The notes under the pieces were generated by a model that saw only the letters and a list, made by a program, of their open reading frames with translations, searched no databases and was not told where the DNA came from. Positions 1-9,336 of a DNA stretch of 64,000 nucleotides are shown one piece after another; the first letter of the stretch is position 1; every line of letters begins with the position of its first letter. The position numbers and the translations under genes were made by a program. The stretch comes from Gemmatimonadota bacterium. Lineage in GTDB: Bacteria; Gemmatimonadota; Gemmatimonadetes; Gemmatimonadales; GWC2-71-9. The stretch covers positions 1,470-65,469 of the forward strand of contig QHVC01000048.1 of assembly GCA_003222205.1 (NCBI GenBank), given 5' to 3'.

Positions 1-295
1 CGTCGCGCTCGAGGAGGGTGTCTATGTGGCGCTGCTCGGTCCTTCGTACGAGACCCCCGCCGAAGTGCGCATGCTGGCGCGGCTCGGCGCCGATGCCGTC
101 GGGATGTCCACGGTGCCGGAGGTCATCGCAGCCCGGGCGTTGGGCATCCGGTGTCTGGGCTTTTCCATCGTGACCAACCCCGCCTCTGGGCTCACGGCCC
201 AGCCCCTCTCCCACCAGGAGGTGCTGGCGGCCAGCGCCGCGGCAGGAACGGGTCTCGTCACGGTGGTGAAGGGAGTGCTGCGCCGCCTCTCCTGA
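1..295 (+). CDS. punA: purine nucleoside phosphorylase, C-terminal fragment (5' end lies outside the window)
   Basis: The frame is open from the window edge. The translation ..[58 protein letters not shown].. carries the conserved PunA-type PNP core (GPSYETPAE / [13 protein letters not shown]). The stop ends at 295. Confidence 0.85.
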   Translation, partial: VALEEGVYVALLGPSYETPAEVRMLARLGADAVGMSTVPEVIAARALGIRCLGFSIVTNPASGLTAQPLSHQEVLAASAAAGTGLVTVVKGVLRRLS

Positions 296-415
296 CCGAT
301 CGCGGACACCCCCGCTGCAACCCTTTCCTCATCTTGCCTGTCTTAGCGTGCAGTAAGAGGCCGTCGCCTCGGTACCGTCGCCGGGGATTTCGCCAGCGTC
401 GCTCTCCGTCGCGAG

Positions 416-3016
416 GTGCCTATGCTGCCGGTCGCGCTCTCACTCCTGCTGTCGTCCCAGATCGCCGTGGCCACCCGGCCGGCGAGCCCCAAAACGGATG
501 CTTCCCCCACGGCGGCGCTCGTCCAGCAGGTGCGCGCCGTGCGCGCCACGACCCCGGTCGTGATCGACGGAGTGTTGTCCGACGCCATCTGGCGCACGGC
601 GGTGCGGATCTCCGGATTCCGCCAACGCGACCCGAACGAGGGGCTGGCGCCGAGCGAGAGCACGGCCGTGTACGTCGCCTACGACGACGCGGCGCTGTAC
701 GTGGGCGCGCGGCTCTACGACGACCATGCCGATTCGATCGTGGCGCGGCTGGGCCGGCGCGATGCCGGCACCAACTCCGACCGCCTCACCGTGTACGTCG
801 ATTCGTATCACGACCGCCGCAGCGGGTTCTACTTCGGCGTCAACGCGGCGGGGACGCTGAACGACGGCACGCTCTACAACGACGACTGGAACGACGACAG
901 CTGGGACGGGGTGTGGGAGGCGAAGGTCAGCCGCGACGCGTCGGGGTGGACCGCCGAGGTGCGGATCCCCTACTCGCAGCTGCGGTTTCTGCGGCAGAGC
1001 CAGTACGTCTGGGGCATCAACTTCCGCCGCGAAATCGCCCGCAAGAACGAGGTCGACTACATCGTCTACACGCCCAAGAACGGCAGCGGCTTCGTGTCGC
1101 GCTTCGTCGACCTCGTCGGGATCGAGCAGATCACCCCGCCGCGGCGCATCGAGCTGCTGCCGTACGTCACCAGCCGCGCCGAGTTTTCGCCACACGGCGC
1201 GGGCGATCCGTTCAACGACGGCTCGCGCCTCACCCCCGGCCTCGGCGCCGACGCCAAGATCGGTCTCGGCTCGAACCTCACCCTCAACGCGACGGTCAAT
1301 CCGGACTTCGGCCAGGTCGAGGTGGATCCGGCCGTCGTGAACCTGAGCGACGCCGAGACCTACTTCTCCGAGAAGCGGCCGTTTTTCGTGGAAGGGTCGT
1401 CGACGTTCAGCTTCGGGCAAGGCGGCCAGCGCAACAACTGGGGGTTCAACTGGCCGGGGCCGACGTACTTCTACAGCCGGCGCATCGGCCGCTCGCTCTC
1501 GGTCGGCGCCCCGCCCGGCGGATTCGCCGACGGGCCGGCCGGTGCGCACATCCTTGGCGCGCTGAAGCTGACGGGCAAGGTGGCGGGGAGCTGGAACGTC
1601 GGCGCGCTCTCCGCCCTGGCGAACCGCGAGTTCGCCAGCTTCCAGGACAGTTTGAGCACGCGGTGGCGCCAGGAGATCGAGCCGCTGACGTTTTATGGCG
1701 TGTACCGGGCGCAGAAGGACATCGCCCAGGGTCGCCGCGGGATCGGGTTCCTGGCGACGGTCGCCGCCCGCGATTTCTCGGATGCGACGCTCCGCAACAC
1801 GCGGAATGCGAACAGTCTCTTCGTCGGCGTCGACGGGTGGACCTTCCTCGACTCCAGTCGCACCTGGGTGACGACGTGGCGCGGCGGCGTCTCCCGCATC
1901 GCCGGCACTACGGCCCGCCTGCTCTCGGTGCAGCAAAGTTCGGTGCACTATTTCCAGCGGCCCGACGCGGCCAACCTCGGTGTCGACAGCGCGGCTACCT
2001 CGCTGTCGGGCGCCATGGGGCGCGTCACCCTGGCGAAACAGAAAGGGAACACCTTCGTCAATGCGGCCCTGGGGTTCATCGCCCCGAGCTTCGACATCAG
2101 CGACCTGGGGTTCCTGTCCCGGACCGGCCTGGTGAACATGCACATCGGCGGCGGCTACAGTTGGACCAAGCCGGGGCGGGTGTTCCGTTACGTCGAGGTC
2201 CTGGGCGCGCTGTTCCGCAACTACGACTGGGACGGCAACATCAACTGGTCGGGGGTGTTCGCCGCCGGCTCGTTCCAGCTCAAGAACTTCTATTGGATCA
2301 ACTGGGACGCGGCGTACAATCCCTGGACGGTCGACAACCGCCGCACGCGCGGCGGGCCGCTCACCCTCAACCCCCCCGGCTATCAGCTGGACGTCGGGAT
2401 GAACACCGACAGCCGCAAGGCCTGGATCCTGAACTTCTTCACCGGGATCTACACACGGTCGCGCCACGACTACGACTATTACATCAACCCCAGCGTGGAA
2501 TTCCGACCGTCCCCGAACCTGTCGCTCAGCGTCGGCCCAAACCTTTATTGGGGCGAGTCCCCGGTGCAATACGTCGGCGCCTACGCCGATTCCACCGCCG
2601 CCGCGACGTTCGGCACCCGATACGTATTCGCACACTTGAGCCAGACCGAGATGTCGGCCGGCGTGCGCATGAATTGGACGTTCAGCCCCGCGCTGAGTCT
2701 GCAACTCTACGCCCAGCCGCTCATTTCCGCCGGGCGATACGACGAGTTCCGGCAGCTGGCCCGGCCCCGCAGCTACGCCTTCACGCCGGCGACCGAGCCC
2801 TACAACCCGGACTTCAACTTCCGGTCCCTGCGGGGCAACGCCGTGCTGCGGTGGGAATGCCTGCCGGGCTCCACGCTCTATCTGGTGTGGGCGCAGACAC
2901 GGTCCAATGCGGTCGACGTGGGGGACTTCGCGTTCAGCCGCTCGATGCGCGGGCTGTGGACCGCCCCGGCGGACAACATCTTCATGGTGAAGGCGACCTA
3001 CTGGATGAACCCGTGA
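416..3016 (+). CDS. secreted/outer-membrane-associated DUF5916-like protein with an N-terminal CBM9-like module
   Basis: 866-aa ORF starting at GTG 416 or ATG 422. It has a signal-like N-terminus (MPMLPVALSLLLSSQIAVA). VIDGVLSDAIWRTAV..GFRQRDPNEG..YVAYDDAALYVGARLYD resembles the CBM9/DUF5916 family as I remember it. The body is long and beta-rich with an aromatic C-terminus. Confidence 0.65.
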   Translation: MPMLPVALSLLLSSQIAVATRPASPKTDASPTAALVQQVRAVRATTPVVIDGVLSDAIWRTAVRISGFRQRDPNEGLAPSESTAVYVAYDDAALYVGARLYDDHADSIVARLGRRDAGTNSDRLTVYVDSYHDRRSGFYFGVNAAGTLNDGTLYNDDWNDDSWDGVWEAKVSRDASGWTAEVRIPYSQLRFLRQSQYVWGINFRREIARKNEVDYIVYTPKNGSGFVSRFVDLVGIEQITPPRRIELLPYVTSRAEFSPHGAGDPFNDGSRLTPGLGADAKIGLGSNLTLNATVNPDFGQVEVDPAVVNLSDAETYFSEKRPFFVEGSSTFSFGQGGQRNNWGFNWPGPTYFYSRRIGRSLSVGAPPGGFADGPAGAHILGALKLTGKVAGSWNVGALSALANREFASFQDSLSTRWRQEIEPLTFYGVYRAQKDIAQGRRGIGFLATVAARDFSDATLRNTRNANSLFVGVDGWTFLDSSRTWVTTWRGGVSRIAGTTARLLSVQQSSVHYFQRPDAANLGVDSAATSLSGAMGRVTLAKQKGNTFVNAALGFIAPSFDISDLGFLSRTGLVNMHIGGGYSWTKPGRVFRYVEVLGALFRNYDWDGNINWSGVFAAGSFQLKNFYWINWDAAYNPWTVDNRRTRGGPLTLNPPGYQLDVGMNTDSRKAWILNFFTGIYTRSRHDYDYYINPSVEFRPSPNLSLSVGPNLYWGESPVQYVGAYADSTAAATFGTRYVFAHLSQTEMSAGVRMNWTFSPALSLQLYAQPLISAGRYDEFRQLARPRSYAFTPATEPYNPDFNFRSLRGNAVLRWECLPGSTLYLVWAQTRSNAVDVGDFAFSRSMRGLWTAPADNIFMVKATYWMNP

Positions 3017-3051
3017 GGTGAGCGTTCCGGCGGACGCGCCGCGGTGAGTCT

Positions 3052-3079
3052 CGAGGGGGCGGGGGATCCTGCCCCCTCG
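3052..3079. terminator. GC-rich hairpin between convergent genes (possible bidirectional terminator)
   Basis: CGAGGGGGC (3052-3060) pairs with GCCCCCTCG (3071-3079), giving a 9-bp stem and 10-nt loop. There is no clear U-tract. Confidence 0.4.
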
Positions 3080-3093
3080 CTGCGTGGTAGAGG

Positions 3094-3906
3094 CTACAGG
3101 CCCTCCGCCGGAGGTCGCGGCGGCGCCGGGACGAAATGGTTGAGCGGGCCGTGCCCGCCGCGGCCGAGGCCCGGGGCGGCGGCCAGCGCGCGCTGCACGA
3201 AATCGAGCGCGTCCTCGACGGCCCGGTCCAGTGGACGTCCCTGCGCCAGCCCCGCGGCCACCGCCGCGGACAGCGTGCACCCGGTGCCGTGCGTGGAAGT
3301 GGTGTCGATGCGCGGACGCGAGAATCGCCGCGCCTCGCGGGCGGTGACGAGCACGTCCACGACGCTGTCACTCGCGAGGTGTCCGCCCTTCACGAGCGCC
3401 GCCCGGGCGCCGAGCCGCACCAGAGCCCGGCCGGCCCGCTCCATCTGGTCCGGCGTCCGCACGTCGTCGCCGACGAGGATCGTCGCCTCCTCGAGGTTCG
3501 GCGTCACGAGGGCGGCGAGGGGGACGAGCCGCTCGGCGACGAGCCGCTCCGCCGCGCGGTCGAGGAGGCGATCTCCTGAGGTCGCGACCATGACGGGGTC
3601 GAGCACGTAGTTCGGGAGGCGGTGGCGCGCGATCCCGGCGGCCACGGTTTCCGCCACATCGGCGGTGCCGAGCATGCCGCTCTTGACCGCCGTCGGCGGC
3701 AGGTCCTCGGCAACGGCGTCGAGCTGGCGGGCGACCAGGGCGGGCGACACCGCCTCCCAGGCGAGCACCCCTCTCGTGTTCTGGGCGGTGACCGCGCAGA
3801 TCACGCTCGTCCCGAAGACCCCGAACTGGTGGAAAGTCTTGAGATCGGCTTGAATGCCGGCGCCACCCCCAGAGTCCGAACCGGCGATGGTCAGCGCGAT
3901 TCTCAT
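3094..3906 (-). CDS. thiD: hydroxymethylpyrimidine/phosphomethylpyrimidine kinase
   Basis: 270 aa. MRIALTIAGSDSGGGAGIQADLKTFHQFGVFGTSVICAVTAQNTRGV is the classic ThiD N-terminus, and ..THGTGCTLSAA.. is present near the C-terminus. Confidence 0.92.
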   Translation of the reverse strand: MRIALTIAGSDSGGGAGIQADLKTFHQFGVFGTSVICAVTAQNTRGVLAWEAVSPALVARQLDAVAEDLPPTAVKSGMLGTADVAETVAAGIARHRLPNYVLDPVMVATSGDRLLDRAAERLVAERLVPLAALVTPNLEEATILVGDDVRTPDQMERAGRALVRLGARAALVKGGHLASDSVVDVLVTAREARRFSRPRIDTTSTHGTGCTLSAAVAAGLAQGRPLDRAVEDALDFVQRALAAAPGLGRGGHGPLNHFVPAPPRPPAEGL

Positions 3907-3915
3907 GGGAGGCGC

Positions 3916-4755
3916 TTGGCGGAGCGGCCCGGGACGGCGAACTTACAGGCGCCCGGTCCGAGGGAGAGAGCCATACCCGGTAATCTGCAATCCGCCGTCC
4001 GCGATCTCCAACGTCGCAAAGCGCGGGGTCGCCGTCGGCTGGCGCTCATCGAAGGTATCCGCCTCGTCGAGGAAGCCCTCAGCGCCGGACTCCCGTTCCG
4101 GGGCGCGCTGATCTCGCCGGAGCTGGACCGCACCACGCGGGGAGCGTCGCTGCGGGCCGACCTCGCGCGGCGCGCGGTGCCGATCGAGGGGATCGCCGCG
4201 CGCACCTTCGCCACACTGGCGGCGACCGACACGCCCCAAGGCGTGTTGGCGATCGTCGAGCCGCGCGATTGGACGCTCGCGGACATTCCCGCGGGACGGG
4301 GCCGCGCGCTGCTGGTGCTGGACGGCGTCCAGGATCCCGGCAACGTCGGCACGCTGATCCGCACGGCGCACGCGCTCGGCGCCGGGGGGACGGTCGCGCT
4401 GCGTGGCACGGCCGACGTTCTCAACCCCAAAGCCCTGCGCGCGGCGATGGGCGCGACGTTTCGCCATCCCGTTGTGAGCCTGGACGACGCCGCCTTCATC
4501 TCCTGGGCCCACAGGGCCGGCGTGACGCTATGGGCCACGGCCGCGGACGGCGAGCCGCTGCCGAGGGGAGTGGTCGAAACCGAGTCGGCGGGACCGGTCG
4601 CGGTGATCGTGGGGAACGAGGGCGCGGGGATCCGGCCAGCGCTGAACGCGGTGGCCGCCAAGCGCGTGGCGATCCCACTGGCCGCCGGTGCCGAGTCGCT
4701 GAACGTCGCGGTCGCCGCGGGGATTCTCCTCTACGAGGTGCTGCGTGGGCGCTGA
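3916..4755 (+). CDS. TrmH/SpoU-family RNA 2'-O-methyltransferase
   Basis: SpoU motifs are present: LVLDGVQDPGNVGTLIRTAHALGAGG, VIVGNEGAGI and IPLAAGAESLNVAVAAGILLYE. The start is uncertain. The ORF track starts at 3622 inside the opposite-strand thiD. TTG 3916 is the first in-frame start after thiD, and no ATG is available. Confidence 0.8.
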   Translation: MAERPGTANLQAPGPRERAIPGNLQSAVRDLQRRKARGRRRLALIEGIRLVEEALSAGLPFRGALISPELDRTTRGASLRADLARRAVPIEGIAARTFATLAATDTPQGVLAIVEPRDWTLADIPAGRGRALLVLDGVQDPGNVGTLIRTAHALGAGGTVALRGTADVLNPKALRAAMGATFRHPVVSLDDAAFISWAHRAGVTLWATAADGEPLPRGVVETESAGPVAVIVGNEGAGIRPALNAVAAKRVAIPLAAGAESLNVAVAAGILLYEVLRGR

Positions 4756-5515
4756 TTGGCTGCTGGTCTTCGGCGCGGGATTGGTGGGGCTCTGCTTCGG
4801 GAGCTTCCTCAATGTGTGCATCCTGCGTTTGCCGCACGACCAGTCCCTGCTCAAACCGCCGTCCACCTGCCCGCAGTGCAAGCGACGCATCGAGTGGCGG
4901 GACAACATCCCGGTGCTGTCCTGGCTGCTCCTGAAAGGGAAGTGTCGCCACTGCGGCAAGCGCATCTCACGTCAATACCCGATCATCGAGGCGCTGGTCG
5001 GACTGGTGTGGGCGTCCGCCGTGCTGTGGCTGGGCCCCACGCTGCACGCGCTCGCGGCTGCGGTGCTCGGCACGATCCTGCTCGGCATCGCGATCACCGA
5101 CGCACGCCACTACCTCATCCCCGACGAGTTCACTTGGGGCGGCCTCGTGCTGGGGCTGCTCCTCTCGCTGGGCGGCGGGGTGCCGGGGTTCCTCCAGGCG
5201 GTCCTCGGCGCCGGCGCCGGCCTCGCCTTGCTCTCTGCCGTCGCGGTGATCGGGCGCTGGGTGTTCAAGGAAGAGGCGATGGGCGGCGGCGACATCAAGA
5301 TGATGGCGATGGTGGGCAGCTTCGTCGGCTGGAAAGGAGTGCTGCTGACCATTTTCGCGGGCGCCCTGCTGGGTACGCTGATCTTCGTACCGCTGTCGTT
5401 CAAGAAGAAGAAACTCGTACCCTTCGGGGTATTCCTCGCGGTGGGGGCGGCGGTGACCTTTCTCTTCCGCGACACCGTCATCGACTGGTACCTCCGCTTC
5501 ATCCGGGGCAGCTGA
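4745..5515 (+). CDS. prepilin peptidase (A24 family; type IV pilin / T2SS pseudopilin leader peptidase)
   Basis: 256 aa from a GTG start. It has GSFLNVCILRLP and the Zn-finger-like CPQCKRRIEWRDNIPVLSWLLLKGKCRHCGKRIS, a later GGGDIKMMAMVG, and is a multi-TM protein. Confidence 0.88.
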   Translation: MGADWLLVFGAGLVGLCFGSFLNVCILRLPHDQSLLKPPSTCPQCKRRIEWRDNIPVLSWLLLKGKCRHCGKRISRQYPIIEALVGLVWASAVLWLGPTLHALAAAVLGTILLGIAITDARHYLIPDEFTWGGLVLGLLLSLGGGVPGFLQAVLGAGAGLALLSAVAVIGRWVFKEEAMGGGDIKMMAMVGSFVGWKGVLLTIFAGALLGTLIFVPLSFKKKKLVPFGVFLAVGAAVTFLFRDTVIDWYLRFIRGS

Positions 5516-5518
5516 GCT

Positions 5519-6667
5519 GTGGGCGATCCATTCGAAGGCCTGTTCGACACCGGGGACGTGCTGGAGCGTGTGGCGGTGGACATTACCGCCCAGGCGCGCC
5601 GCGGCGACCTTGAGCCGGTGCGCTGTCGCGACGCCGAGATCGCGCGCGTCGTGGACATCCTGCTGCGGCAGAGCAAGAACAACCCCGCCCTCGTGGGCAA
5701 GGCGGGCGTCGGGAAAACCGCCATCGTCGAGGGGCTCGCGCAGCGCATCGCCACCGGCGACGTCCCGCCGGCGCTCAAGGACGCTCGCGTGCTCATCCTC
5801 GACCACGTCGCCCTGCTGGCGGGCACGGCGTTCCGCGGGCAGTACGAGGAGCGCATCCGCCGCCTCGTGCGCGCGCTCGCGGCGGATGCGGATCTCATCC
5901 TGTTTGTGGACGAGCTGCACAACCTCATCGGCCAGGGGACGGCGGTGGGCGCCGCGATGGATGCGGCCAACATGCTGAAGCCGGCGCTGGTACGCGGCGA
6001 CATCCGCGTCATCGGCGCCACGACGGGCGAAGAGTACGCCAAGTGGGTGCGCGGCGATCCGGCGCTCGAGCGCCGCTTCCAGCCGGTCACCGTCGAGGAG
6101 CTGGACGCGGTGCAGACGTGGGAGGTGCTCGTCGCCCGGCGCCCGCGCCTCGAGCGCCATCACGCCGTCGCCGTGACCGACGACGCGCTGAAGGCGGCGA
6201 TCGTGCTCACGGACCGGTTCGTTCCCGACCGCGCACGTCCCGACAAGGCGATCGACGTGCTCGACGAAGCGTGTGCCCACGCCCAGGCGACCGCGCGCGT
6301 CTCCCCCGAGCTGGATAAGCTGATCCGCGAGCGCCGCAAGGTGGACGCGAAGCTGCGACACGGGCTGACCCGGGAGCCCAGCGCCGCCGAGCCGGCGCCC
6401 GACCTCGCCGCGGTGATCGACCAGGTGGTGGCGGACTTTCGGGAAATGCTCGGCGGAGAAGGGCGGAGAAAGACGGAGAAGGGCGGGGTGCCCTCTCCGA
6501 CCTCCTCCGACCTTCTCCGACGTCCTCCGACCTTCCAGGACCGCCGCGCCGAGCTGGACGCGCTGCTGCGCGCCGAGCTGGAGTCGCAGGGCATCGTCGT
6601 GTCGGGGCACGACGTCGCCCGGGTCGTGAGCTCGGCCGCCGGACAGCGGATCGCGTGGGCGGGGTGA
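5519..6667 (+). CDS. Clp/Hsp100-type AAA+ ATPase consisting of the D1 module only
   Basis: 382 aa. LEPVRCRDAEIARVVDILLRQSKNNPALVGKAGVGKTAIVEGLAQRIATGDVP contains Walker A, LILFVDELHNLIG is Walker B, and IGATT and ALERRFQPV are present. It ends with ..VSGHDVARVVSSAAGQRIAW, which resembles the segment preceding D2 in ClpA/B/C. There is no Clp_N domain and no D2. Confidence 0.75.
   Translation: MGDPFEGLFDTGDVLERVAVDITAQARRGDLEPVRCRDAEIARVVDILLRQSKNNPALVGKAGVGKTAIVEGLAQRIATGDVPPALKDARVLILDHVALLAGTAFRGQYEERIRRLVRALAADADLILFVDELHNLIGQGTAVGAAMDAANMLKPALVRGDIRVIGATTGEEYAKWVRGDPALERRFQPVTVEELDAVQTWEVLVARRPRLERHHAVAVTDDALKAAIVLTDRFVPDRARPDKAIDVLDEACAHAQATARVSPELDKLIRERRKVDAKLRHGLTREPSAAEPAPDLAAVIDQVVADFREMLGGEGRRKTEKGGVPSPTSSDLLRRPPTFQDRRAELDALLRAELESQGIVVSGHDVARVVSSAAGQRIAWAG
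6451..6535. repeat. 10-nt-period mirror array inside the Clp-like CDS
   Basis: The left arm is CGGCGGAGAA / GGGCGGAGAA / AGACGGAGAA (6451-6480). The right arm is CCCTCTCCGA / CCTCCTCCGA / CCTTCTCCGA / CGTCCTCCGA (6491-6530). The right units are the reverse complement of the left type (TTCTCCGNNN versus NNNCGGAGAA). Confidence 0.85.
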
Positions 6668-7872
6668 ACAGGGGGGCGCTGCTGCTGGCCGTGGGGCTCG
6701 GTCCCGTGCTGGGCGGCTGCCGGGCGCGGGCGGAAGCCGTGCAGGGCGAGAGCCAGCTCCGCACCCTGGTTCGCCAGATGATCCCGTCGGTCGAGCACGC
6801 CGCGGGCATGAGGTTCAAGACTCCCCCCGTGGTCGAGCGTCGCACTCGCGCCCAGGTCCGGGATTACGTCATCCACAAGCTCGACGAGGATCTGCCCCCC
6901 TCGGAGCTGGCGGGGGTGCAGGCGGCGTACCGGCTCTTCGGCCTGCTGCCCGATTCGCTCGATTTGCGGGCCACGATGGTGGACTTACTGACCGAGCAGG
7001 TGGCCGGCTACTACGACCCGGATTCCAACGCGCTGTACGTGGCGGCCGACGTGGACTCCCCGCTCGTGCGCACCACCGTCTCGCACGAATTGGTGCACGC
7101 CCTCCAGGACCAGTACATGAACCTCGACTCCGTCATGCAGCAGCGCCGGCAGAACGACCGCCGGTCGGCCGCGCAGGCGATCCTCGAGGGCCAGGCGACC
7201 CTTGGGCAGATCCTCGTGTTGATGCCCGAGCAGAGCGGCATCCCGCTGCCCAGCTTCTGGGAGACGCGCAGGGTGTTCCGGGCCCAGATGGCGTCGATGA
7301 AAGAGTTCGCCCACGCGCCGCTGTGGCTGCGCGAGAGCGTCATCTTCCCGTACCTGGCCGGCGCCGATTTCGTGCGCTGGTACGACGCGCGGCACCCCGG
7401 GCACCAGCCGTTCGGCGCGGCGATGCCGCTCTCCACCGAGCAGATCCTGCACCCGGACCGTTACGCGGCCGGGGACGCGCCCGTGGACCTGGCGTTCGCG
7501 CCGGCGGTGGGGCGCACCGTGCGCTACGAAGATGATCTCGGGGAGTTCGAGACCCGCCTGCTCTTCGAGCAACTCCTGGCAGACACCGCCGAGGCGCAGG
7601 CACCCGCGCTCGCGAGCGGCTGGGGCGGCGATCGCTATCAGGTCATTACGACCGGCGGCGGTGAGGCGCTGGTCTGGTATTCCGTGTGGGACGACGCTGC
7701 GGCGCGCGACCGCTTCGTCGCGGGGCTGCGGCGCGCGTGGCGGCCGAAGCCCGGCCGGAGCTCGCTCGTCGAACCACTGCTGGTCGCTGGCCATCCTGGC
7801 GCGCGGCTCGTCGACGCGCCGGCGGCGTGGACGGGCTGGCGCGCGATTCCCGCCGTTACAGTCGCGCGATGA
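6655..7872 (+). CDS. putative lipoprotein with an HExxH zinc-metalloprotease-like motif
   Basis: 405 aa. It has a lipobox-like LGPVLGGC at the N-terminus and TVSHELVHALQDQY (HExxH). Its start overlaps the end of the Clp-like gene by 13 nt. I do not recognise a family. Confidence 0.6.
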   Translation: MGGVNRGALLLAVGLGPVLGGCRARAEAVQGESQLRTLVRQMIPSVEHAAGMRFKTPPVVERRTRAQVRDYVIHKLDEDLPPSELAGVQAAYRLFGLLPDSLDLRATMVDLLTEQVAGYYDPDSNALYVAADVDSPLVRTTVSHELVHALQDQYMNLDSVMQQRRQNDRRSAAQAILEGQATLGQILVLMPEQSGIPLPSFWETRRVFRAQMASMKEFAHAPLWLRESVIFPYLAGADFVRWYDARHPGHQPFGAAMPLSTEQILHPDRYAAGDAPVDLAFAPAVGRTVRYEDDLGEFETRLLFEQLLADTAEAQAPALASGWGGDRYQVITTGGGEALVWYSVWDDAAARDRFVAGLRRAWRPKPGRSSLVEPLLVAGHPGARLVDAPAAWTGWRAIPAVTVAR

Positions 7873-9307
7873 AGAGGTTGGCCAGAAACGCGGCCGCCCC
7901 AACCAGCGCTCCCAGCACGTAGCCGAGCTGCACGATCAGCGTCAGCTCTTTCTGCGTCACGTTGCGGATCAGCTCTTCCATCCGGTCCGTCGAGAACCGC
8001 ATCACTTTCTGCTCGACCATCTCCTGGACGGACAGTTGCGAGACGACGACCGGCACCTGGCGCTGCATCCACTGCCACAGCGGCTCCGTGAGCGCCAGCC
8101 GTAGCCGCTGGGCCGCGTCGGGCGGGAGGAGATCGGCGGGTCGGCCGATCGGCCGCGCCAACAGCGCCCGCACGGCGGCGTGAGCCGCGTCGGCCAAGCG
8201 CTGGCGCCCGCCCTCGCCGGCGAGCGCGCGCCGCGCCAGGGCGATCGCGTCCCGCGCTCGGGCCACGGCCCAGCGCCGGGTCTCCGGCGCGCGCAACGCC
8301 GCGATGATGTAGTCCGCGGCCGCGTGCTCGACGCCGTCGAGGCGATCCGGCCCTAGGGCCCACAGCCGCTCGGCGATGGGGCGGCGCAGGAACCGCACGA
8401 CCGCGTCGTTCACCGCCCGCCCCACCTGCCCCCGGAACTCGGCGGACTCGAACACCTCCGCGACGTCGGCGAGCCCGTCGCCCTCGAGACTCGCCAGCAC
8501 GCGTTCGATGCGGTTCTCGGTGATCACGAGCTTCGCCATCACGCGCTCGTGCATGGCCAGGCTGCGGATGGCGCGGTCGAGGAACCGTTTCAAGCCGTTC
8601 CGGACCCGCGCCCGGGCTTCCGGGTCCGAGAGCAGCGCGCCGATCCGCTCCACCGCCACGGGCAGGTAGTCGGCGATCGCCTGCTCCAGCGCGGCGACGA
8701 GGCCGGGGGGCAGGCGCTCCAGGAGCGGGTGCTCGTCGTGCAGCAGCCGGTCGCGTTGCGTCGCGATGAACGCACGCACGGCGCGCTCCAGCTCCGGCCG
8801 CTCGACTCCCTCTTCCACCCACCGTTCTATCGCGACGTACTTCTCCAGCGCGCCGTCGAATCCGGGGCCCTCGAGAAAGTCGGCCAGCCGGTTCGCCATG
8901 CCTTGGGCGAGCGGTTCCAGGGAGCGCTCGAGCTCGGCGGCGAGAGCGGGGGGCAGCTCGTCCTTGAGCGACCCGCGCGAGGTGTTCAGGAGGTTGTCGA
9001 GGAACCCGGCGATCGCGCGATCGAAGGCCTCGCGCACGCCGGGGGCGGTGAGTTGGCGGGCGAGGTCTGCTTCGGTGAGCAGACGCTGGCCGACCGTCTT
9101 GCCGATACTCTTGGCGAGTCGCGCCTTGTTCTTGGGGATCGCCCCCTGGAGCTTGAACCGTCCCACGCCGCGGGGTTCGTACGGGTGAAACAGCATCCAC
9201 ACGGCCACGGCGTTCGTGATGCCCCCGGAGAGCGCACCCACGAAGATCGTCACGACCCCTTGCAGCCACACGGGTTCGGCCATCGGCCCCGAAATAACAC
9301 TCCCCAC
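7856..9307 (-). CDS. DUF445-family membrane protein
   Basis: 483 aa from a GTG start. The N-terminal TM segment with GGITNAVAVWMLFHPYEP and the C-terminal TM segment LIVQLGYVLGALVGAAAF are typical of DUF445/YheB-like proteins. Confidence 0.7.
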   Translation of the reverse strand: MGSVISGPMAEPVWLQGVVTIFVGALSGGITNAVAVWMLFHPYEPRGVGRFKLQGAIPKNKARLAKSIGKTVGQRLLTEADLARQLTAPGVREAFDRAIAGFLDNLLNTSRGSLKDELPPALAAELERSLEPLAQGMANRLADFLEGPGFDGALEKYVAIERWVEEGVERPELERAVRAFIATQRDRLLHDEHPLLERLPPGLVAALEQAIADYLPVAVERIGALLSDPEARARVRNGLKRFLDRAIRSLAMHERVMAKLVITENRIERVLASLEGDGLADVAEVFESAEFRGQVGRAVNDAVVRFLRRPIAERLWALGPDRLDGVEHAAADYIIAALRAPETRRWAVARARDAIALARRALAGEGGRQRLADAAHAAVRALLARPIGRPADLLPPDAAQRLRLALTEPLWQWMQRQVPVVVSQLSVQEMVEQKVMRFSTDRMEELIRNVTQKELTLIVQLGYVLGALVGAAAFLANLFIARL

Positions 9308-9336
9308 TTGGTTTTGGGCAACTCGCTAAGTATTTT
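9308..9336 (+). promoter_or_regulatory. sigma70-like promoter candidate for rpsP
   Basis: TTGGTT (9308-9313), a 17-nt spacer, then TATTTT (9331-9336). It sits in a locally AT-rich stretch about 80 nt upstream of the rpsP ATG. Confidence 0.4.

Noticed and set aside
151-3280. Very long ORFs overlapping the DUF5916 gene: 151..3021 on the same strand in another frame (956 aa), and 440..3280 antisense (946 aa).
   Set aside because: Their translations are monotonous Arg/Ala/Gly/Pro strings with no motifs. This is typical of shadow frames in very GC-rich DNA. The 416..3016 frame has a signal peptide and a balanced composition.
3907-3990. Possible TPP (THI-box) riboswitch upstream of thiD.
   Set aside because: On neither strand could I find the conserved CUGAGA or ACCUGAUCUGGAUAAUGCCAGCG-like elements. 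The gap is only about 10-80 nt and is shared with the divergent TrmH gene. A cmscan would be decisive.
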